From an uncultured Bacillota bacterium (GTDB taxonomy: Bacteria; Bacillota; DTU025; MWDF01), in the NCBI GenBank assembly GCA_963823655.1, contig CAWGMK010000007.1:225908-289907 (forward strand): a stretch of 64,000 nt of DNA. Reading direction: 5' to 3'. Position 1 is the first letter of the stretch. Each line of letters starts with the position of its first letter. Positions 1 through 10,249 of this stretch are shown here, one piece after another. The notes below the pieces were generated by a model. That model saw nothing but the letters and a program-made list of their open reading frames with translations, did no database searches and was not told where the DNA came from. The position numbers were made by a program, and so were the translations under genes.

Positions 1-322
1 CATGGAGCCATTCGGCGGACGGCATCAGCATATCCCTTTTATTGCCCTCTCTGACTGCTTGGCTGAAGGGAAGGAAGAACGATATAACGGTCTTGGCCTC
101 CGGCAGCCACCATTTTGGCTCCTTGAAGTGGCTTCCTATAATGGAAGGCTGCTTCAGCTGCTCGAAAAGGCAATCTTCGGCATCGCCGAACGCGAATATA
201 GGGTCTTCGAAGATCTTGACGCCCACCGCCTCGTCGGTGATAGCAATCTTCTCGGATATGTAGTTGCCCTCCTCGTCTCTGAGAAACTTTGAGGCGATAG
301 CGGCGAAATCGGCTCTATCCAT
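1..322 (-). CDS. epoxyqueuosine reductase (QueG)-like / 4Fe-4S protein, N-terminal part (runs off window)
   Basis: Not in the ORF track. Manual translation from ATG at 322: MDRADFAAIASKFLRDEEGNYISEKIAITDEAVGVKIFEDPIFAFGDAEDCLFEQLKQPSIIGSHFKEPKWWLPEAKTVISFFLPF...PSAEWLH. The P.WLP.AKTVISFFLPF and PS.EW motifs are typical of clostridial QueG-like proteins. Confidence 0.7.
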   Translation of the reverse strand, partial: MDRADFAAIASKFLRDEEGNYISEKIAITDEAVGVKIFEDPIFAFGDAEDCLFEQLKQPSIIGSHFKEPKWWLPEAKTVISFFLPFSQAVREGNKRDMLMPSAEWLH

Positions 323-526
323 GCTGTGGGCCCCCGATCATCATGTCATAAAAGGTGAATCGCTTCAGATACATATAGGCGGATCGCCTATATAGCTGTC
401 TTATAGTATTCCGCTCATCAAAATCCAGAACCTTCGAAACGGAGTGCTCCTATTACTAGGATAAAGGCCAATCCCGCACAGCGCCACTATATGTTGGGTT
501 CGGCATCGACGAGAAATATTGGTTAT

Positions 527-558
527 GAAAAGGCTTCCCCTTTCGAGGAAGCCTTTTT
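527..558. terminator. intrinsic terminator
   Basis: AAAAGGCTTCC-loop-GGAAGCCTTTTT hairpin just downstream of the M20 peptidase stop. Confidence 0.75.
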
Positions 559-582
559 GCGCTATGACTGTGGGATTATTCG

Positions 583-1923
583 CTACTTGCCGCCCAGAGG
601 CGCGGTTACGCCATCGACTCCGGCTACGGCGCAAATGGTCATGAAGCCCACTTGAAGGGCCTTCCATGCATCTTTGGGATTCCAGGTTTCGGCTGGAGCA
701 TGGTTTGCTGTGCTGCTTCCGCCGGCGCCAATGCATATCGAAGGATAGCCCTTGTAGACGGACCAGTTGATGTTGGTGCTGGACGCGCTGCTAAGAGACG
801 GCTTGTATCCGAACACCAGATTGCTCTGCCAGTGCGCCTGTATCAACTTGATGTTCTCGCTCTGCTCGCCAGCAGGCCTGTCGCCGACCGGCGTTATTTT
901 GACAGTAATCATGTTCTTGCCGTTCCAGTAACCCCAATGGTTGTTCTCCTCATCGGCGCCCAACTGCCACAGCGGCATGATGGTCTTTTCTATGGTAAGG
1001 AGATTGGCCATCAGGTTCGACCTCATGTCGAGCTGGAGCCTGCAATCGGCTGCGATGGAGTTAACAGAAGTGCCGCCTTCTGCCATTCCCACAGTGTAAG
1101 TGGTCTTCGCGCCGGCGGGGACGGCTACGTCCGCGACCTTGGCGATGGCCCTTCCTGCTGCGTGGATTGCGCTAGGCAGGCCGAACGCGCCGAAGCTGTG
1201 GCCGCCGGGCCCGATGAAGTCTATGAAGTATCTGTGGCTGCCGGTGCAAAGATAAGTAATCCTCTCAGGTCCGCCGCCTTCGAAGTCGATTACTGCGATT
1301 ACGCTCTTGCCTATCGGGTGGTTCTCATTAAGGAAAGCCTTCATACCTCTCAGGTCTCCTAGGCCCTCCTCGCCGACTGTCCCGACGAATACTATGTCAT
1401 ATACCGGCTTTATGCCGTTCTTAACGAAAGCCCTGATTATCGAAAGAACGCCGCCAAGCGCCGATGTATCGTCACCGATACCCGGGGCATGGATGGTCCC
1501 ATCCGGATCTTCAGTAAAGCCCTTGACGGTACCGGCTTCGAACACGGTGTCAAGATGGGCATCTACGAATACGACGGGGCCCTTTATCGTGCCGGGCAAT
1601 ATGCCCCAGCAGTTCCAGGACTTCTCGTCGATCGTAACGTCCGAAAGGCCTTCTTGCTTGAGAAGCGCCGCGTATGCCTTGGAGCGGACCTCCTCTTGGA
1701 ATGGCGGGGCTTCGATTACTACTAGGTCTTTTACGAACTTGATTCTCTGCTGATGGTCAGCTTCGAGGAACTTGACAGCTGCTGTCACCTTGGGATCTTT
1801 TGCCAGTTTGTCATAAACCGCCTTCACTTCAGGCGATACGACCGGATCGGCCGCGAATACTGCAGGCGCGCATAATGCCAGCAATACGACCGATGCCACT
1901 AGAAGATACAATAATCTCTTCAT
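583..1923 (-). CDS. secreted M20/M25/M40 family metallopeptidase
   Basis: AHLDTV, GIGDD and GEEGLG motifs plus C-terminal H(APAE). Signal peptide MKRLLYLL...AVFA. GGAGG RBS before ATG 1923. Confidence 0.9.
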   Translation of the reverse strand: MKRLLYLLVASVVLLALCAPAVFAADPVVSPEVKAVYDKLAKDPKVTAAVKFLEADHQQRIKFVKDLVVIEAPPFQEEVRSKAYAALLKQEGLSDVTIDEKSWNCWGILPGTIKGPVVFVDAHLDTVFEAGTVKGFTEDPDGTIHAPGIGDDTSALGGVLSIIRAFVKNGIKPVYDIVFVGTVGEEGLGDLRGMKAFLNENHPIGKSVIAVIDFEGGGPERITYLCTGSHRYFIDFIGPGGHSFGAFGLPSAIHAAGRAIAKVADVAVPAGAKTTYTVGMAEGGTSVNSIAADCRLQLDMRSNLMANLLTIEKTIMPLWQLGADEENNHWGYWNGKNMITVKITPVGDRPAGEQSENIKLIQAHWQSNLVFGYKPSLSSASSTNINWSVYKGYPSICIGAGGSSTANHAPAETWNPKDAWKALQVGFMTICAVAGVDGVTAPLGGK

Positions 1924-2128
1924 TGGCTTCCTCCCTTTCCTCAACTTTGCAGCCTTCGTGGCCGCCTATATATAGAATTACTTAAATCAATATCGAATCC
2001 TGCACTTAAAAGTGCCTAAAGAGAAATATTCATTGGTTTTTCTTTCATTCGGAATTGCAGGCAGTTTGATTGTATTTTGTATACATGCTTGCATATAGGC
2101 AATGTAAGTGGGGGAGGAGTATCTGAAT

Positions 2129-2162
2129 GAAAGAGCCCGGACCAATCGGCCCGGGCTCTTTA
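2129..2162. terminator. intrinsic terminator
   Basis: AAAGAGCCCGG...CCGGGCTCTTT hairpin downstream of the C69 gene. Confidence 0.75.
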
Positions 2163-2184
2163 GTTAGTTAGCAGAAAAGTCAGT

Positions 2185-4013
2185 TTAGTATGACTTGACT
2201 ACCCTTACTGTATCCTGTGTGGCGATCGTGGGTCCGCCTGCATATTTGGCGCTGAACCATATGTTCATCAGGCAGGGGGTGAGCGATCTGATATCCTTCG
2301 TGAGGACGGTGATCGTAAGGTCGGCAATGCCGTCCCCGTTTACATCGCCCACTACTGACTCGCGGGCCCTCGCCCATGAGGAAGGATTGCTGTAATCGGC
2401 GCCGAGTGCCGCGGTCTGCGTGTCAACCTTGGTTACATCCAGAGTCGAAGATCCGAACAGCACCGCTTTTACCGGCTCTTCGGTCTTCGTCAAGGTCTAT
2501 GGTCTCGTTTACTATGTCGACGCTTGCGCGAAGCAGCGTGTTATAAAGCTGCCTTGCACCGATCATGGCCCTCAAGGATGCGTCCCTTGTGTACGATGTG
2601 AGCATCGCAGCAGCCTTAGCCTTGTCAATCTTGCTCATCGCCATGGCCTGTGTTTCAAATGCCTTCTGGTTGGCGAACCACTCGTTCTGAAGGTTCGTCT
2701 TCCATTCTTTGACCAGCTTGGCATCGGTGGCGTAGTTGAAATTGACGAGTGTCTGCAAATCTATGAACGCCCACCACGCCCTCGAAGGATCGTAGCTGTA
2801 GTCGATCCGAAGCGGCGGAGAAGTGCGTAGCCTTTCCGAGCTCGGGATCTATGAAGGCATACTCCTCGATTATCGAGGTGATCCCTCCGTACCAAGGGGT
2901 GTATGGGCTTGTGCAGGGATGTCCGCTGGATCTCCACATTACCGTGAAGTCCGGATCCTGCCTGAACTGGATTGCATAGCTCTCCTGGGTGCTGGATGCA
3001 CAGAGCACCCTCATTGTCGTAAAGTGCAGATAGCCGTCCTTGTAGCCGTTGGTAAGATCATCAGCTGTACCCTCGTAATGATAGCTGAGGGCATTCATGA
3101 TGTCCTGGAGGCCGACTTTGCGAAGAGGCTTAACCGAGAAGGGCAGGTCTGAACCTGCAGGTATGTCCAAGCCGTGCAATATCTTGTGCGCATATCTGTG
3201 CCTGAAGGTGTTGCTTGCGGCATTGAAGCTTGATTCCTTCTGATAGGTCTTTGCGAAGTCGAAGTCGCTGTAATCGCCCTCTTTGGCCGGCTTGTACCAG
3301 CCCTTGGCGATCGCATAAGTTACGAGGCCCTTGGAATAAATGAAATTGGCCTTGTCGTTGAAGTCGATCTTCCTTGTGATGTAGTGGTTCGGGATTACCA
3401 TGACCTCATCGTCAGGTACCCTCTGGGCTACGAAGTTCTTGCCCATTGCGACCTGGCAGACCCAGCCCTCGTTCTTGTCGACGATCTGATAGGAACGGCC
3501 TGACGCGAAGTAACCGAAGGTCTCAACTAGCCAACCGGCCAGCTCAACGCCCTCGCGGGCGGTCCTGGCGCGCTCGCCTACGATCTTCCTGATTGCATAG
3601 CCCATGCCATTGTCGGTGAGCTCGGCAATCGCCGTCTCGACCTTGGAAGATGCGCAGCTGTCGCTAGCCACGGCCACGCCGTACTCGTTGTACATGAAGT
3701 CGCTGAAGGAAGCGCCCGGAAGCGCGGCCCTTGTCTCGCTCCAGAAGTAGCTGGCCGTCTCGGCGGCCTGCGGGATCCTTGCAGTGTTGTTTTCCAGCTG
3801 CAGCATCTCGCCCAGGGAATTGACCTTGTGATCCACCAGATAGATGGGCATTACGAGCCTGCCGCCGTTGTCCTCGTTGTGGCCAAGCAGGACCTCGCCG
3901 GTCGTAGAAGCTTTCTTACCGACGATGATGCTGGTGCAAGCTGATGCGCCCAGAGTCAGGGCAAGAACCAGGATGAAAGACACAAGAATCGCCAGAATGC
4001 TCTTGGACTTCAT
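2185..4013 (-). CDS. secreted C69 family dipeptidase (Ntn hydrolase) with extra C-terminal domain; two apparent single-base frameshifts (~2795, ~2494)
   Basis: Signal peptide followed by catalytic Cys in CTSIIVGKKAS...GHNED. ORFs 2655-4043, 2423-2758 and 2185-2493 join into one protein when one base is removed at each junction. AAGGAGG RBS before ATG 4013. Confidence 0.85.
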
Positions 4014-4165
4014 GTTCCCTACCTCCTTATATTTTCGGATCATTTCTTAACCAGGTTTTCCCTTCGCGTGGCCTCCGCTTCGAGGTCGGATATGAACCAG
4101 AATTTCAGGGGTTTCGCCCCGGGATAGGTTAGATTGGCGACCCACCAATCATAGAAATTGCAGGC

Positions 4166-4555
4166 TCACAGGTCGCCGGGGATTATCGGCGGCTGATAGA
4201 TCTCTAGCGAGGCTCTTGCCTCACCTGCCTGGAACGTGTAGATGTCCACGATCTTCCCCTTGGTCTGGAAGAGCTTCACGAACTCGTAGTCGAGGAATAT
4301 GATCTGTTCCTTGTAGGACCAGAGGACCAATCCCATGACCAGCTGGCTGAAGCTCTCCTTGTACTCCTTGTCGGGAAGCGTAGAGAGCCATTTCGTCGCG
4401 ATTTCCTTCTCCGGGGTGCTTAGTTTCTTGTATTCTGCCAGGGATGTTTCTGTTAGCTTCCAGTCTGAAGCCTGCGAATAACCTTCAAAGGAGAGGATAA
4501 GTGCAAGGATGAGCGCTAAAAGCAAGGACAACCTCTTCATGCTGTACCATTTCAC
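4166..4555 (-). CDS. hypothetical exported protein
   Basis: 129-aa ORF with signal peptide-like N-terminus and GGGGAGG RBS. True start may be ATG 4540. Confidence 0.65.
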   Translation of the reverse strand: MKWYSMKRLSLLLALILALILSFEGYSQASDWKLTETSLAEYKKLSTPEKEIATKWLSTLPDKEYKESFSQLVMGLVLWSYKEQIIFLDYEFVKLFQTKGKIVDIYTFQAGEARASLEIYQPPIIPGDL

Positions 4556-4985
4556 CTCCCCTCAGTCGGCTTTGCACCATTAGTTATTCAATAGGGCCGG
4601 CGGTTATCCTGTATGTTCACATTGCTCATTTTTCAGCACAATGAATATGGGTATAACTGAATTTACAGTGATATACCAAAAGGGGGAAAAGTGGGGAAAC
4701 CTGCGAGATTGCCATAAAGCTCGGAAAATCTGAGGGCAGACGCCGGCTTTCAATAGGGCTTTATAAACCATGCAAGCAAGGAATTCAGAAAACAGAAGGC
4801 AAAATACGATTTGAGGGCACGTATGGCAGATTGACATTCTTTGTTGCAGCTACTACATTTGCATTAAGCGAAATATCCGCCTGACTAGGTAATTCTTGAA
4901 TCTGGCATGCCCTCTCGAAATTCCAAATATCCCAAATCAATTTCGAACAGCAGAGATGTTCCAATCCTGTTAAGGAGGGAAAGAT

Positions 4986-6474
4986 ATGAAATCGAGATTT
5001 CTGGTCTGCATTTTAGCGCTTCGCCTTAGTTATGGGCCTCGCTTCCTTCGCATCCGCGATCGAACCTGCTTCGATAAGCGGGCCTGCCCACTTCGGGGTG
5101 AAACACTACCAAAACGATTATTTCGTTTTCACAATTAGCATACCCGACGACCTGCGCGCGATCGCAGAAAGCTCCGCTTCAAAAATCCCCCTGAAGATCC
5201 AGATAGACTACAAGATGGGGAATGGGGAGTGGCACCATACAAGCGAATGGGATACGGCCCAGTTCGGCATGTCAAACGCAATGGGTGTCAACTACATCAA
5301 GGACGAGACTTACATCTCTCAGGACAGGGCAAGCCTTTCAAATATGTTTAAGGCCGATGCCACTGCTCTTCAAGGGGTGAAGAATTCGGGTTGGGATTTC
5401 CCGGCGGAAAGGCTTTCATTCAGGGTGCGGTTTGTAGCAACGCTGGATGGGTATAAAACTTACACATATTCTGACTGGTCCGAGACTTTTATATACGCAA
5501 AAGACGTGGTTTCGAACCCTGATGAGCTGATAAAATACGCGCCAACCTTGACCACGGCCACGGTAGAGAAGAACACCGCCGGGATGCCCTTCCTCAGGGT
5601 AATGACCGACAGGATACCCGGGCCGGTGCAGGATCTAAACGCCATGACGGGGACCGGTGTGAACATGGAGGTATGGATGAGAAGGGCGGGCGAGAAGGAC
5701 TTCAAGCTGATCCACTCATCATACCTTTATGAGTTCATCCTTATCGGCGTAGATGACTACTTCGACAAAACCAAGCAGAACTACGAAGAGGAAGGCTATG
5801 AGATAAAGATCCGCTATGTTCTGAACGATCTGAGGAAATACCCTCAGGCCGGCCGCTCTGACATAATATACAGCCCGTTCTCGAACATATATTCACAGAA
5901 CATGCCGGCATGGAGCGGGGCTTCGAAGTGGGCGACCACAGAGCTGACTGAAGCTGATCAGCTTGGGCTCATCCCTGAAATCCTGAAGGGCGCGGACATG
6001 ACGAAGCCCATCACAAGGGAGGAGTTCGCAGAGCTTGCCGTGCTGCTTTACGAGAAGACTACAGGCCTGGCAAGCACCCCTATGGAGCCCAACCCATTCA
6101 TCGATACGGTGAATCCGCAGGTGCTTAAAGCTGCCAACCTCGGGATAACCAAGGGCACCTCACCTACGGAATTCTCGCCCGATGTGCTCATTAACCGCGA
6201 GCAATGCGCCACTATGCTGTTCAGGGCGCTCAAGGCTATGAAGCCCGAGGGCGATTACAGCATAGAAGGGGTCAAGGACTTCGCCGACCAGCTTGATATA
6301 TCGGGCTTCGCAGTCGAAGCCACTAAGTACATGTCCAAGATAGGCATAATACTGGGAGATGTGCAGGGCAGATTTATGCCTAAGGCAACGACAACGGCCC
6401 AGAAGGCATCGGGTTATGGAATGGCGACAAGGGAACAGGCGATAGCGATGTCGCTGAGATCCTACAAGAAGTAG
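4986..6474 (+). CDS. S-layer homology (SLH) domain surface protein; frameshift in signal peptide (~5020)
   Basis: Three C-terminal SLH-like repeats (ITREEFA, INREQCA, ATREQA). AAGGAGG RBS then ATG 4986 (MKSRFLVCILA), which joins the 5032 ORF after removing one base. Confidence 0.85.
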
Positions 6475-6492
6475 CCTATAAGGAATAAAATC

Positions 6493-6534
6493 AAGGTCCT
6501 CCTGTTAGCGGTCATCGCTTGCAGGGGGACCTTT
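6493..6534. terminator. terminator hairpin between convergent genes
   Basis: AAGGTCCTCCTG...CAGGGGGACCTT inverted repeat. Confidence 0.7.
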
Positions 6535-6540
6535 ACCTTG

Positions 6541-7611
6541 CTAATCGAGCCTGAGCTTCATTATCCCGTCCGGGCCGCAAAGGTAGGTGAAGCCTCCCTT
6601 GAAGATCAAGCGAGCCTCTTTCAAACCCCCGGCTATTGCGTAGAAAGCGGCGATCTTCAAATCGCTGTCCAGCGCAAGGATGCCATTGTGAACCGGGACC
6701 AAATAGCGCGAACCATCGAATACGGGCCTGCCTACGACTTTGACTGGCGAGGTGATGCTCCTTATTACCTTTCCGTCCTCCGTATCCAATGAAGTAATCA
6801 GGCTGCCTTCATCTTCAATTAACAATGCCATACCCGCAGGGCCGGGACATACGTATTCGGGATGATTGCCTTTAATACCCCATTCGTAGACGTATTTATC
6901 TCTTGTGTTCCAGAGAACGGTGCCGTAGAAATCGGCGACTACAAGGATTTTGTCTTCGCTTATCGGCTCGATGAGCCTGATATCGAAAGGCTCTACCGCC
7001 TTGAATTGGCCAACCGGATCCCCGTTTCTGATGTCGAACATATTGAAGATGTCTATCCCGTCGCCTACGTCCGGCCGGAAATAGAATCTTTCAAAGACCA
7101 CTATGCATTTATGATTTCCGAGGTTTACAAGGGACCAGGCCGGCCCCGTGAATGTGACGAATCAGCAATCTTCAGGAGCCTGATATTCCCAAGACAGGTC
7201 CCCTTCCTCGTCAAGTGCGAAAAGTCCGTGCTCCCAGCCGACATAGGCGTTGCCTTCAATGACGGCAAGCGCCGTAATGTCCCCGAACGACTCGAACTCC
7301 CAAATAGCCTCGCCGTCTTTGCCCAGCTTGACCAGCTTTTCTCCCGACGCCGCAAAAAGCGCTCCGTCCGAATCGGCAGCAAGATACTTCACTTCATCCT
7401 GCGCCGCCATTCCCATCTAATGCTTCCGTCATCGTTGAGCACGACGACGCGATTCCCAGCAGCAAGGGCAGGGTTTCCTCCCGGAAGCACAAGGAAAGGC
7501 CCGACGTCCTCAAAAGGGGCGGACCACTGAACATAACCGCTGCATGCGGCATAACCCGAGAAACATAAGAGCATGATAAGTTAGAAAGACAAATAACCAT
7601 CGTCTGTCCAT
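6541..7611 (-). CDS. exported PQQ-like beta-propeller protein; two frameshifts (~7580, ~7410) and one in-frame TGA (7162-7164, possible selenocysteine)
   Basis: Repeated 'L..DG...WE' blade motifs (NDDGSIRWEW, KDGEAIWEF, EEGDLSWEY, TEDGKVIRS). GAGGA RBS before ATG 7611. ORFs 7162-7416 and 6541-7101 are in the same frame, separated only by TGA. Confidence 0.7.
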
Positions 7612-7789
7612 GTTGTCCTCCAAGCACGTAAAGCCTCTTGAATATATAATAGTTCATGAATATAAACAAATGCCAACCGACCGGACCCATGCCCCTCAGA
7701 GTCCTAAAAAGGCCGCCATGAGGCCGATATCGGGCATATGGTGTAAAATTATCATATCCGTCAGAGCTTCAAGAATCGGAGGGATGCCT

Positions 7790-8806
7790 TTGCCAGAAAT
7801 CAAGGACAGTTCCGACAAGAAAAGGATCGCGGCAGCCTTGGAATTTCCGGGCTTTATGCGCTTCAAAGCTCTTCATGAGGGGCTTGCAGACTGCAGCATT
7901 TACGCAAGCTCTGCAAAAGATCCCATCTACGCTGCGCGTTTCAACTACAAGCTCTTTATTCAGCCGCCGTCCGGCAGGCGGGATGCGAGAACTGCAAAAG
8001 ACGCGGTGGACTTCATCGAATATGAGATCAGGTCCAAGCGAGGGACGGACTTCGACATCATGAGCATTTTCTGCCCCGATATAGCTTTCCTGAGGCTCAT
8101 GAAGGACGCATTAGGCCAGCAACAGCCAGCTTTCGAGTGGCGCGACCGCTACTCATTGAAGTCGGAGGAGCCTTATACCGACGCCCCCGTACCGATCGGC
8201 TATGAGCTGAGGGAAGTAAGCCAAGGGCTATTGGACGAAGGGCTGGGCAATACTGAGGAACTGAAGCAGGAGATGTGCTCCGAAAGGCCCTCTGTAGACG
8301 ATTTCCTGGCCAAAGGTTTCGGGATATGCGCTGTCAAAGGGCGCGAGCTTGCCGGCTGGTGCCTGTCCGAATACAACTGCTCGGCAGGTTGCGAGATAGG
8401 AATCGAAGTTCGCAACGAGCACAGGCATAAGGGCCTGGCTCTGGCCATGACATCTGCATTGATAAAGCTTGCACGCTCAAGAGGGTATGCGAAAATCGGC
8501 TGGGACTGCCACAGGCAGAACGCAGCGTCCTGGCATACCGCGATAAAAGCAGGCCTTTCAATAAGAGCGACATATCCCACTATATTCATCTGCAAGGACA
8601 AGGCGATGCAATACGGCGCCAACGGCAACATCGCCCTAAGAGACGGAGACGGGGATGCCGCCCTCGAGTGGTTCAGGAAGTCGGCCGCGACTGGCAAAGC
8701 CCCGTTCTGGGTATTCATAAATATGGCCCAGATACAGGCGCTTACCGGTGATATAAGGCTGGTCATGGAGGCATATGAAGGCTTGAAGACCGCCAGGATG
8801 GAATAA
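7790..8806 (+). CDS. GNAT family N-acetyltransferase with C-terminal TPR-like helices
   Basis: EIGIEV..EHRHKGLA and WDC...NAAS..TA.K.G GNAT motifs. C-terminal GN.....GD...A..WF TPR-like segment. GGAGG RBS before TTG 7790. Confidence 0.85.
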   Translation: MPEIKDSSDKKRIAAALEFPGFMRFKALHEGLADCSIYASSAKDPIYAARFNYKLFIQPPSGRRDARTAKDAVDFIEYEIRSKRGTDFDIMSIFCPDIAFLRLMKDALGQQQPAFEWRDRYSLKSEEPYTDAPVPIGYELREVSQGLLDEGLGNTEELKQEMCSERPSVDDFLAKGFGICAVKGRELAGWCLSEYNCSAGCEIGIEVRNEHRHKGLALAMTSALIKLARSRGYAKIGWDCHRQNAASWHTAIKAGLSIRATYPTIFICKDKAMQYGANGNIALRDGDGDAALEWFRKSAATGKAPFWVFINMAQIQALTGDIRLVMEAYEGLKTARME

Positions 8807-8925
8807 TCCGGCGTCTCAGCTTTCGTATATCAGTTTTCGTAGCCTTGAAGGACGATTGGCTCTTCCGGTAGAACATAACATCAATTGCCCACCATTCCCA
8901 CCCGAAAGGACGGAGCAGTTAAAGC

Positions 8926-10126
8926 ATGCGTTCAGAAATTGTATACATAATCGGAGGAAGGCTGGTCCTTCCGGACAGGATAGTGCCGGACGGCGGCCTA
9001 AGCATAAGATCCGGGATAATCGACGGCGTATTCATGCAGCCGAAATCTTCGCGCAGCATCCCCAAGACGGCAACTGTGATTGAAGCCGGCGGGGCATTCA
9101 TATCGCCCGGCTTCGTGGACTTGCACGTACACGGGGGCGGGGGCTCAGACCTTATGGACGGCAGGGCCAAGGCCGTCGAAACAATGCGTACGGCCCATGC
9201 CGCTGGCGGCACCACGGCCATGCTCCCTACCACGCTCACCAGCTCGGATGAGGATCTAACAGCTGCCTTGTATGCCTTCAGGGCAGCTAAAGCCAGCAAC
9301 CTTCCGGGACCAAGGTTGCTTGGAGTGCACCTGGAAGGCCCGTACCTGTCATTGGCGCAGGCCGGCGCGCAGGACCCGAGATTCCTTATGAGACCGAGGC
9401 CTTATCATTACATGAGGATACTGGAGGCCTTCCCCGAGATTAAAAGAGTCACCGTCGCCCCCGAGCTGCAAGGCGCGATTGAGCTTGCCAAAGAGCTAAC
9501 AAGAAGGGGCATATACGCCGCGATTGGCCACACCGACGCCACATACGACGAGATAAAGGATGCAATGGCTGCGGGATACACCCACATGACGCACCTTTAC
9601 TCTGCCATGTCCACGGTCAAAAGGGTGAGGGCGAGGAGGATCGCCGGCGCCGTTGAGGCGGCCCTGCTTTTAGACGGGCTAACCGCTGAAGTAATAGCGG
9701 ACGGCATGCACCTTCCCGAAGCCCTCCTGAAACTGGCCCTAAAATGCAAGGGGGCCGACAAGCTGGCCCTTGTGACGGACGCCATGAGGGCTGCCGGAAT
9801 GCCCGACGGGGAATACCCCCTTGGCAGCTCTGCCGGGGGCGTGAGCATGGTAGTGGATGAGGGCGTGGCATGGCTTAAGGACAGGAGCGCTTTTGCGGGT
9901 AGCGTATCCCTTATGAACAAGATGGTCGGCAACATGGTGAAAATCGCGGGGGCAAGCTGTGCCTGAGGCTGTGAGGATGGCATCCCTGACTCCATCTCGC
10001 ATGATCGGCATGGAAGCTCAGCTGGGAAGCATCGAGAAGGGCAAGATGGCGGACATCGTCCTTTTCGATGACGATTTTAAAGTCTTAAAGACGATAGTCG
10101 GGGGCAAGCCCGTTTATTCCCTCTAG
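8926..10126 (+). CDS. nagA: N-acetylglucosamine-6-phosphate deacetylase; frameshift ~9958
   Basis: PGFVDLHVHG, HLEGPY, GHTDA, THLYSAM, DGMH and VTDA motifs. C-terminus (PEAVRMASLTP...GKMADIV...GGKPVYSL*) continues in the +1 frame to TAG 10126. Confidence 0.9.
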
Positions 10127-10249
10127 AGAAAAGAAAGCCATGCTAATCGTGCCTTAATGATGTTTTGCGAAGCTTGGCGCCTTGAGGGCATGTGAGTCGG
10201 CAAGATCCGATATCGAAGTATGTAAAGATGCTTACAGGAGGCGAAGTGC

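Noticed and set aside
2-292. Plus-strand ORFs 2-292 and 42-263
   Set aside because: Antisense shadows of the minus-strand QueG-like gene.
6862-7530. 222-aa plus-strand ORF
   Set aside because: Antisense to the beta-propeller gene, with no RBS or recognisable motifs.
9964-9966. TGA shortly after Cys at the end of the nagA ORF as possible selenocysteine
   Set aside because: The NagA C-terminus continues in a different frame, so this is a frameshift and not readthrough.
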